NCBI GenBank assembly: GCA_009602735.1 | Contig: WELA01002297.1 | Location: 387,471 to 407,470 of the forward strand | Length of the DNA stretch: 20,000 nucleotides | From: Mesotaenium endlicherianum | Lineage: Eukaryota | Direction of reading: 5' to 3' | Shown here: one piece after another, positions 11,085-20,000 of the stretch | How the letters are laid out: the number at the start of each line of letters is the position of its first letter | Numbering within the stretch: position 1 is the stretch's first letter | Program-made: the position numbers and the translations under genes | Notes under the pieces: generated by a model | What the model saw: the letters and a program-made list of their open reading frames with translations, nothing else | Databases searched by the model: none | Told to the model about the DNA's origin: nothing

Positions 11085-12420
11085 TTATAAGTCACATGCA
11101 AGTAGACGAGCATCGATAATGTAATCACTAAACTCATGCATAAGCAAGGTTAGAAAATAATGTGTATCGATGGCTTCTCGCCTTGGATTCAGATATCTCT
11201 TAGTAAGCTGTACAAGAGAGTTAGCCTCGTTTCCGAATGCCGAACTCGAGAGCAAAACCTCGCCTATGTACATGGAATGAGAATACTGTTCAACGGCAAG
11301 TGCAATGGCACCGCCTACTTGGGAGTTAACCACGTCGGTAGAACCTCGACTAACCAAATCATCCCGAATTACCATCCACCCAAGGGTGTCGTCTGGCCCT
11401 TCATCTATTATATCACACTTAGATGCATTTCTAGACAATTCACTGACACCAAGTACGGCAGTCAGCTGACTGTTAAAGAATGTGTCAGCAAGTTGACCTA
11501 TGTTGACTTCAACTTGCTGCTCCTGGCTGGGTCACTAGAGCAAATATTATTACAAGTCCAGCAGACTTAGTATTAACTAAAGTACATGGTGCAATGTGAG
11601 GTGGCAACACTATTTCGCCATTCATGTAAAGGAAAAAATCCTCCTTCGGAGTCCTTTTTGGCCTTGTCATTCTGTTGGTCCCAAATGTTGATGGTCATCC
11701 AGCGCCAGTCAGTAGGTTGTAGGAAGAATGTACGGTCCGTCCTCTTCAGCGTGCAGGGGTACCAGTGTCCTACAAACTCCTGCTGGCTAGTCTCCTTTGC
11801 TAAAAACTCCCAACTCCTTATCTCCGTATCATTATACAAGGCGTGAAACTTGCTATAAGACGTAGCATCCTTGAAGCTGTCAGTCTCCATCCGGATCAAG
11901 TTGATGGCTTTTTCTGCTCCCTAGATTCCTCTGATGGGTACAGCCTCATCTTCATTGGCTTGAGCTAGTGCTCTGGCCTCCCTGACAGTGTATTCCACCA
12001 TCTTGGCATAGTTCTCATACAAGACGAGCCTTGTACCGGCTTTTGTGTGCTTATCATAATTTTTCAACGTCTCTCTCTCTTGCTGTTGGATTTCCCTCTG
12101 AGTTGAACCTTCTGGGCATACTTGAATGCTTCTTCCAAAAGATCAAATCCTTTACCAACCACCATACAGCGGTAGCTCTTGAGTCTTCTCCGCTCCTCCT
12201 TAGCTTGCTGCCGTCATGTCTCTTCAGCTAGCCTATCTTCTTCTGCCTTCTTGGTTGCCTCTGCAGCTTGACTATCAAGTTCCTCACGCATGAGCTTGGC
12301 CTGCTCATCTTCCTCCTGCTTCTTATTCTGAGCTTCTTGCCGTTGCCATAGACGTTGTTGTTGTAATTATGGCTCATAACATGATTCTCCTCTCTTCTTC
12401 TCTTCTCTTCTCCTCTCCAT
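11085..12420 (-). pseudogene. Decayed ORF of unknown function (copy 2)
   Basis: Same sequence as 1068-2403. Confidence 0.6.
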
Positions 12421-12456
12421 TAACTCACTTAAAGCTTATCTTGCCATAAAGGCCGT

Positions 12457-12578
12457 TGTAGTCACAAAGACTACACGACAGAGTCACATAAACTCACTTC
12501 GTAGTCACGAAGACTACCCACTGCGTCACACAGACGCTGCCACACAGGCGTGCCACACAAGCCCTCACTAGTCACAAT
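12457..12578 (-). other. Array of small stem-loops with UNYGU pentaloops in the 5' leader of the unknown ORF (also at 2440-2561)
   Basis: Minus strand: GCU-UGUGU-GGC, GCC-UGUGU-GGC, GCGUC-UGUGU-GACGC, GUAGUC-UUCGU-GACUAC, GAGUU-UAUGU-GACUC, UGUAGUC-UUUGU-GACUACA. Confidence 0.7.
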
Positions 12579-13239
12579 CAGGGTTACGCCGTACGCTTGT
12601 ACGCTTAGTTCGACTAATATGCTAGTTCACTTAGATCGGTGTTCAGAACAATGGACTAGTTCGCTTAATACGCTTAGTACGCTAACATCACGACGGTGTC
12701 GATGTCCAGTAGCTACGGCGTCGACGCTTCATGTCGGTCGCACGTGTAAAATAACCACGGCGTGTCAGACTGTTTATTTCGTTCAAAATGGCAGGGTATT
12801 CTTTTCAGGCGATTTTGGACTTTTCTCTGCCCGCTTTGCAGCTACAAGTCGCGAAAAGTATTTGTACCTTCGTCTAGTACAGACGTCGGCAAGCGGGTTT
12901 GAACACCCGCCACCGGGTGCAGGGATGGGACAATACCCAACGTGCCATGCATGTTTCTCTGACATATATGTATCAGGGTTGTTTATGCAGCTTATAAGTC
13001 AGACATGTTGCAGAAATAAATGGTGGAAAACAATTTCAAAAAAGGTAAACTACTGTTGGCTTCGGGCGCCAGCGGACGGTCTTGAACCCCCGCCACCGGC
13101 TGGAGGGAGCGACGCCTTACCAATGTTTCGTATTATGCAATATGTATTGGACTTCCGCGTTTGACTATTATAATTTAATTTCATTTACTGCTTTTCCATG
13201 TACAATTCGACGACATCAATCATGCCAAAGCTGGGAGGG

Positions 13240-13625
13240 CCGCTTAGCAGAGCTATTTTTTGTACTTCCTAACTTATTTGTAAGTTGAATTAGGACACTT
13301 AGGAGTATCATTACTTCTTAATCGAGTAGAAGAAGCTTCAACGAAGAGGTATAGATATGATTCAATTTCTTAGCAAGCATGTGTAAGAATTAAGAAGTTC
13401 TTATAAATGCCACATTTAAGAATGACTGAACTTCAACTTAGAATTATTTTCATACGCACTAACAGTGGGAGAACCGCTTAGCAGAGCATGGTTTTTTGTA
13501 CTTTCTAACTAGCTGATTGATTCAACAAAAAGACTTAGAAGCATCATTACTTCTCATACGAGTAAAATAAGCTTTAATGAAGACAAACATGATTTAAACT
13601 CTTAGCAAGCATGCATGAGAGGTTA
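13240..13625. repeat. Two diverged ~150-bp direct repeats (offset 234) downstream of the transposase
   Basis: CCGCTTAGCAGAGC..TTTTGTACTT..ATCATTACTTCT..CTTAGCAAGCATG at 13240 and 13474. Confidence 0.8.
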
Positions 13626-13786
13626 GAGGTAATCCATATAATGTAAATCATTCACACAAAGTGCAACATTGCATGAAGTCATAATGCACCAAATATTAAT
13701 TTCAAATGTATTCATTTTCTCAACTTCCATTCTCTTTAATATGTACATGCTACCTTTACAACATACAAGTTAGCTGACCGACACAT

Positions 13787-16166
13787 CTAGTAACCAATCG
13801 CTCTTGGCCTTCTTCTTCCTAGAGCTGAAACACTAGGTCGCTCCTCCACCTCCTCTTCCTCTACCTCCATCTCCTCTTCCTTACTCAACGAGGCATGCAT
13901 GGCAAGATTGAGACCCTCCTCTTGGGGTGTTTCTAAGAACTCCGCTTCTTCAACCCATGGAGTGACGCCGACACTTGGTCCAAGGAAGTCCAAACTCTTC
14001 TCCTGAAGTCTCAACAGAGAATGCACATACACTAACTTCTTTGCTCTAGTAGGGAGCAGCCTATTGCAAAGTGGACTGTGAACAAACCCGTACTCAGACC
14101 AATTTCTCTCACATGCAGCTGCTGAACCAAGTTGCGACAAAATCCTCATAGCAAGAAGTTGAAGATTAGGACAATGACTTCCATATGTTTCCCACCACTT
14201 GTGAGCAGGCATCATGGTCTTATTAGTCTTGCAAACATCATCGCCAAAAATGTCACCGCTCTGTCGGTAGAGCGCCAACTCTCGATCCACCAACGTTCGG
14301 TCAAGCACACTTCCTCCGACAAGGGTATTCCGCACGTTGGACCAATCAGTTAGTAGACACTTCTCAACTGCCCAAGACTCATGGTCTTGGAACTCGGGGT
14401 CCAGATAGTAGCCTGTAGCCAAACAAAGTCAAGAAGCAAATTCAATATATAACAACACAATGCACTTCACAAAAAAGAGAGCAATAACAATAGCAAGCAC
14501 AATACCAAGAACAATGACCAACACACAACAACAAGCATGCAAGAGAAGAACAGTCGCCGAGCAAGAGAGGTGAGCAACGTCAGAATGGACCTTTTACCCG
14601 CAGAATGTAGGGGGCTGTGAAGCTGGTCCCATCGAGCCTTCACGTCCTTCTTAACTTGGGTTCTATGTGCCGGTTTGAGTCCTTCAACCTCAAGCACATG
14701 CTCTTTAATGGCACTCATGCGAGCCCAGATCTTCCCAAGAGAAGGTTGTGGAGAGTCGACTAGTCGAAGGAGAACTACAATCGGCTCACACACGTCTACC
14801 CATACCTTCACTCGCTCCCAAAGTTCATCGTCACGAACTAGGTCTCTAATGTTTGTAGCCTCGCCTAAACAACCGTTCATGACCGCCCACTCAAGCCACC
14901 TACTGTCAGACACCATAGCTTGTAAGGTATCCCTCACAACGATGAGTCTTTGCAAGCAAAGGAAATTACTGGCAAACCTTGTGGGTCCTGGCTTCAACAA
15001 CTCTAGTTTATTTTTTAGCCTTGGCCCATGCTCACGGTAAACAGCGTGAGGCATGTGGTAGTTTGCAACAAACTGGACCAAGTGCTTGAAGCTATTGATT
15101 ATGCCCTCTAGCTCTTTTATCTTTCCTAGGTCTTTCAACAGCAGGTCCAAAACATGAGCAGCACAAGGCGTCCAATATATGTGCGGGTGCTTCTCGCGAA
15201 CCACATTACAACCAGCTACAATGTTAGCTGCAGAGTCTGTGCAAAGCTGTACGACATGATCAGCCCCTACCTTCTCCACGGCCTCAAGCAGGTGATTACC
15301 AATATAATCACCCGTCTTCCTAGCACCCTCAGTGTTGATAGCATCCATGAACATCTCATGGCCTCCCACAACCATAAGCACGTTAAGAAGAGGATGCCCG
15401 CATGGATTGGTCCACCCATCTGCTACAATGCTACAACCCGTCAATGGTAGTCCATTCTTCTTTTTCTCCTCCCAAGCTTCTATCTTCAAGACCTCATTAT
15501 CTAGTAGGGTACTTCCGAGAGGCTTATCCTTCATAGAGACATACACTAAACCAATTTTCTGAGTGTACTTACTGACAGCAACCAACATGTCCCTAAAGAA
15601 CTCACTGCGAGCAACATTGAATGATGAACCAGTACCATAGAAGAAGCGAGCGACAATCTCATGGACATTCTTAGCATTCATCTTTTGGAACATGTCACTT
15701 AGAGAGGTCTGCCCTGTCTCCCTGCCTAAGGAAAGGGACCCCCCAACACTTGCACATGCTGAGCCACTAGCACCAGTACCCCATTCATGCACACGCTTTC
15801 GTGCAGCTTGTATGGTACTCTTCCTACGTCGCGTTCCTAATAGAGAACTAGCCATACCCTTGCTACGGCTAATCATGAGATCTAGAACTTCATCGGGAAC
15901 CTCTCACACTGACTAACATCCTTACAGCCTCCCGTGAAATGGCCACGAATCCGCGTGACTCCACCGGTAAACTCCCTGGGGCAGTAGTTGCACTTCACCT
16001 TTGGAGATGAACTCTTGGACTTGGCTTCCACAACGATGGTCACATGGCCCCACTCAAGACCAGACCTTGCAGCAACTGCTCTAGGGGGCAAACGAGCGGT
16101 CAAAGCTCTAGTGAATACCCTCATTCCAGAAAGCGTTGCTCCGGACGAAGTGGATGGTTGAGACAT
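13787..16166 (-). pseudogene. hAT transposase (BED finger, DUF659, C-terminal dimerisation), ~731 aa, one intron and one frameshift
   Basis: ATG at 16166; BED finger W.H..CNYC..GGVTRIRGH..C; a 1-nt frameshift at ~15900 restores CE.VPDEVLDLM. Motifs SIVADGWT, CTDSAAN, CAAH, TRFASNF, WWETYG and SAAACERNWS are present. A GT-AG intron at 14597-14413 restores LHSAGYYLDPEF. Confidence 0.93.
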
Positions 16167-16284
16167 GATACGCGTGAAACCTGCAATAACGGAGAACAGC
16201 AACCAGTAAGAGACAAAAGAATATGCAAGTCAAACAAGCAAAAGAGCAACAATAGGCAAGCAAGAGAGCAAGAAGCCCCAACAA

Positions 16285-17310
16285 AAGCAAGCACGGGGCT
16301 GGCAGCCCGCCCCCACTAAAACCCTAAATAGCAAGCAAAGGCAAGCTAGCCCGCCCCGACTAAAACCCTAAGACAGCAAGCAAGGGACTGGCAGCCAGCC
16401 CTGACAAAGCAAGCAAGGGGTTGACAACCAGCCCCGACAAGACTGAAAAGCAAGTTCGGGGCTAACAGCCAGCCCCGACAAAACTAAGCAAGGCGCTGGC
16501 AGCCCGCCCTCACTAATACCCTAAACAGCAAGCAAAGGCAAGCCAGCCCGCCCCGACTAAAACCCTAAGAGAGCAAGCAAGGGGCTGACAACCAGCCTCG
16601 ACAAAACTCAAAAGCAAGTCCGGGGCTAACAGCCAGCCCCGACAAAACTAAGCAAGGCGCTGGCAGCCCGCCCCCACTAAAATCCTAAACAGCAAGCAAA
16701 GGCAAACCAGCCCGCCCTGACTGTAACCCTAAGACAACAGGCAAGGGACTGGCAGCCAGCCCTGACAAAAGCAAGCAAGNTTGACAACCAGCCCCGACAA
16801 GACTGAAAAGCAAGTTCGGGGCTAACAGCCAGCCCCGACAAAACTAAGCAAGGCGCTGGCAGCCCGCCCTCACTAATACCCTAAACAGCAAGCAAAGGCA
16901 AGCCAGCCCGCCCCGACTAAAACCCTAAGAGAGCAAGCAAGGGGCTGACAACCAGCCTCGACAAAACTCAAAAGCAAGTCCGGGGCTAACAGCCAGCCCC
17001 GACAAAAGTAAGCAAGGCGCTGGGAGCCCGCCCCCACTAAAATCCTAAACAGCAAGCAAAGGCAAACCAGCCCGCCCTGACTGTGACCCTAAGACAGCAG
17101 GCAAGGGATTGGCAACCAGCCCTGACAAAAGCAAGCAAGGGGCTGACAACCAACCCCGACAAGACTCAACAGCAAGCTCGGGGCTAACAGCCAGCCCCAC
17201 AAAACCAAGAAAAGGGCTAGCAGCTCGCCCTGACAAGAGCATGCAAGGGGCTGCTGCAGCAAGGCAGCAGCCAGCCCGCCCTGACCAGAGCATACAAGGG
17301 GCGGCTGCAG
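16285..17310. repeat. Minisatellite array I: GGGGCTGGCAGCCAGCCCC-related units with AAAACCCTAA linkers; 360-bp higher-order duplication around the N at 16780
   Basis: Units are directly visible. 16421-16779 recurs from 16781. Confidence 0.9.
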
Positions 17311-17499
17311 CACAAAAGAGAGACTGCCCCGACCAAAGCAAGAGACAATACGCAGGGGAGGGAGACGCAGGGGAAGGGGGGGGGGCCAGAATCACTTGTT
17401 GGAGATTGGCTGCGTGTGGATTGGCGCAAGGCCTGCCGACTTGCTCGTTTTGAACTTGGGCTGCTTCACACATAAGAGAAGGGACAATTAGACACATGT

Positions 17500-18062
17500 A
17501 AGATAGACAACAGCACACCAGCAAGGGCACGGTGCTGCAGCCAAACAGCCCCAACCAAAACAAGCAAGGGGCAACCGTAGCACTGCAGCAGCCAGACAGC
17601 ATGCCAGATAGCCCCACTCAAAAAAGCAAGGGGCGCGCGGACGCCACTACCAGTAAGAACAGGGCAAAGAGGGAGAAAGGAGATAGGGAAGGGCATGGCA
17701 CCTGATGCGCGTGTCGGAAGACGTGTGTGCACCAATGAGGGGTGAGTCTGGTAGCTTCTTTTTCACGCCTTCCTCACTGATACAAGACACACAAAAGGGC
17801 ATAGGGTCGTCAAAACAGCAGCAGCAATCCCAATCAAGCAAGCAAGGGGCGAGCTGCTGCAGCACCACAGCAGCCAGACAGCATGCACCAGACAGCATGC
17901 AAAGGGCGGCTGCTGCAGCCAGACAGCAGGGCGGCAGCCAGCCCCACCAACAGCAAATAAGGGGCTGGCAGCCAGTCGAAACACAAGCAAGCAAGGGGCT
18001 GGCAGCCAGCCCCCACAGAAGAAAGCAAGGGGCTGGCAGCCAGCCCCGACCACAGCAAACAA
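17500..18062. repeat. Degenerate GCAAGGGG/CAGCCAG units related to the flanking arrays
   Basis: Scattered copies, e.g. 17991-18050. Confidence 0.6.
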
Positions 18063-18442
18063 GGGGCACGAGAGAGAACGGGAAAGAGGAAGGAGGATTA
18101 AGGCACCTGTTCACGTGTCAATGTCGCTCACGCGTCAATGGGCACACGTGGGGTAGGCACAAGGGGGGTCTACTCGCTCCTTACTGTCTTGCCCTACTTC
18201 ACAAAAGACAAAAAAGGAGACAAAGCTGTAAAAAGATGCAACAGACAGCTAGCCCTAATCTACAGGACACAAACACGCAAGCACGAGGGAGAAAGTTCAC
18301 AATCAGCAGAACAACAAATGTGCACTGGGTGCACAAAAACAGCAGCCGAGTTAGAAAAGGAAGGAAGCAAGAATGAACAACATAGGCACAGCAGGTTGCA
18401 AATAGAGCTGGTGCAAATGTGGACTAAAATCTCAAAATTGTA

Positions 18443-19920
18443 AGCAAGGGGATGCCAGCCAGCCCCGTGAAAATCGAGCAAAGGGCTGGCAGCCCATCCC
18501 AACTAAAACCCTGAAACAGCAAGCAAGGGGTTGGCTGCCAGCCTCGACAGAAGCAAGCAAAAGGGGCACAACAGCAGCCAGCCCCAATAAAAACCCTGAC
18601 TTAACGAGCAAGAGGCTGGCAGCCCACCCCGACTTAAACACATTGCAAGCGAGGGGCTGGCAGCCAACCTCGACAAAAGCAAGCAAGGGGCACAACAATA
18701 GCCAACCCCGACTAAAACCCTAAACCAACAAGAGGGGCTGGCAACCAGCCCCAACACAAGCAAGGGGCTGGCAGCTAGCACCCCAAAAAGCAAGCAAGGG
18801 GCTGGCAGCCAGCCCCGACACAAGGAAGCAAGGGGCTGGTTGCCAGCCCCCTCAAAAGCACGCAAGGGGCTGGCAGCCAGCCCCCCTAAGAGCAAGCAAG
18901 GGGCTGGTCGCCAGCCCCCAAAAAAGCAAGCAAGGGGCTGGCAGCCAGCCCCGACACAAGGAAGCAAGGGGCTGGTTGCCAGCCCCGACAAAAGCACGCA
19001 AGGGGCTGGCAGCCAGCCCCCCTAAGATCAAGCAAGGGGCTGGTTGCCAGCCCCAACACAAGCAATGAAGGGGCTGGTTGCCAGCCCCGACATAATGAAG
19101 CAAGGGGCTGGCTACCAGCCCCGACACGGGCAAGCAAGGGGCTGGCAGCCAGCCCCGACACAGGGAAGCAAGGGGCAGGTTGCCAGCCCCGACAAAAGTA
19201 CACAAGGGGCTCGCAGCCAGCCCCCCTAAGAGCAAGCAAGGGGCTGGTTGCCAGCCCCTCAAAAAGCATGCAAGGGGCTGGCAGCCAATCCCAACACAAT
19301 CAATGAAGGGGCTAGTTGGCAGCCCCAACACAATGAAGCTAGGGGCTAGCAGCCAGCCCCGACACAGGCAAGCAAAGGGCTGGCTGCCAGCCCCAACACA
19401 AAAAAGCAAGGGGCTGGTTGCCAGCCCCCCAAAAAGCAAACAAGGGGCTGGCAGCCAGCCCCGACACAAGCAAGCAAGGGGCTGGTTGCCAGCCCCGACA
19501 AAAGCACGCAAGGGGCTGGCAGCCAGCCCCCCTAAGAGCAAGCAAGGGGCTGGTTGCCAGCCCCCCAAAAAGCATGCAAGGGGCTGGCAGCCAGTCCCGA
19601 CACAAGCAATGAAGGGGCTAGTTGGCAGACCCAACACAATGAAGCAAGGGGCAAGCAGCCAGCCCCGACACAGGCAAGCAAGGGGCTGGCTGCCAGCCCC
19701 AACACAAAAAAGCAAGGGGCTGGTTGCCAGCCCCCCAAAAAGCGAACAAGGGGCTGGCAGCCAGCCCCGACACAAGCAAGCAAGGGGCTGGCAGCCAGCC
19801 CCGACACAAGGAAGCAAGGGGCTGGTTGCCAGCCCCGACAAAAGCACGCAAGGGGCTGGCGGCCAGCCCCCCTAAGATCAAGCAAGGGGCTGGTTGCCAG
19901 CCCCAACACAAGCAATGAAG
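18443..19920. repeat. Minisatellite array II: 34-bp period (19-bp palindrome plus 15-bp A-rich linker), 306-bp higher-order repeat
   Basis: Unit e.g. GCAA-GGGGCTGG-CAG-CCAGCCCC-GACACAAGGAA. The block near 19228 recurs near 19534 (9 x 34 bp). Confidence 0.95.
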
Positions 19921-20000
19921 CTGGGTTACGCCGTTCGCCGAACTGGCCGACCTTCGTACGCTTAATTAAGCGAACTGAGTCGGTTCGCCGAACTAAGCGG
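19921..20000. mobile_element. Start of a second, related hAT/MITE-type element inserted in the array
   Basis: CTGGGTTACGCCGTTCG matches the TIR CAGGGTTACGCCGTACG at 15/17 positions in the same orientation. It has TACGCTT/TTCGCCGAACT subterminal motifs and abruptly interrupts a repeat unit. Confidence 0.7.

Larger units (their letters stand above)
10018..12962. repeat. Second copy of the 2945-bp duplication, in contiguous context
   Basis: Matches 1-2945. Confidence 0.95.
12579..19920 (-). mobile_element. hAT DNA transposon; the other end is not in the window
   Basis: CAGGG-type TIR at 12579, short subterminal TACGCTT/TAGTTCG repeats, and a transposase gene at 13787-16166. Including the upstream repeat arrays in the element is an inference. 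Confidence 0.75.

Noticed and set aside
12550..13164. 204-aa ORF (and its copy at 2533-2979)
   Set aside because: It crosses the TIR junction and subterminal repeats and has no recognisable motif.
14467..14597. Hydrophobic C-terminal tail of the 469-aa ORF as a transmembrane segment
   Set aside because: It is read-through into the T-rich intron. Splicing restores LHSAGYYLDP.
16873..19918. Many repetitive ORFs (GWLPAPC / LAASPLL / KQGAGSQP)
   Set aside because: They are open frames on both strands produced by the minisatellite and have no domain signal.
18443..19920. CRISPR array (palindromic repeats with variable spacers)
   Set aside because: Linkers are only ~15 bp, resemble each other and recur in higher-order blocks. 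No cas genes are present and the context is eukaryotic TE sequence.

Overview
Eukaryotic, transposon-dense window with no intact host gene. The element families suggest a green plant or streptophyte alga (inference). It contains: (1) a decayed plus-strand Ty3/Gypsy pol (8832-10953) in which a frameshifted segment resembling the C-terminal part of a C5 cytosine DNA methyltransferase precedes a truncated RT/RNase H; (2) a minus-strand LTR retrotransposon (782-bp terminal repeats at 2947-3728 and 8050-8831, gag with two CCHC knuckles, degenerate aspartic protease) abutting that methyltransferase-like segment; (3) an unidentified, pseudogenised ~440-codon antisense ORF whose leader carries a run of small hairpins with conserved UNYGU loops; (4) a hAT transposon starting at a CAGGGTTACGCCG TIR (12579), with a spliced BED/DUF659/dimerisation transposase and large upstream arrays of a 19-bp palindrome at 34-bp period; (5) the start of a second, related TIR element at 19921. 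Bases 1-2945 appear to be an exact copy of 10018-12962 and end at an N, so this copy may be an assembly artefact.
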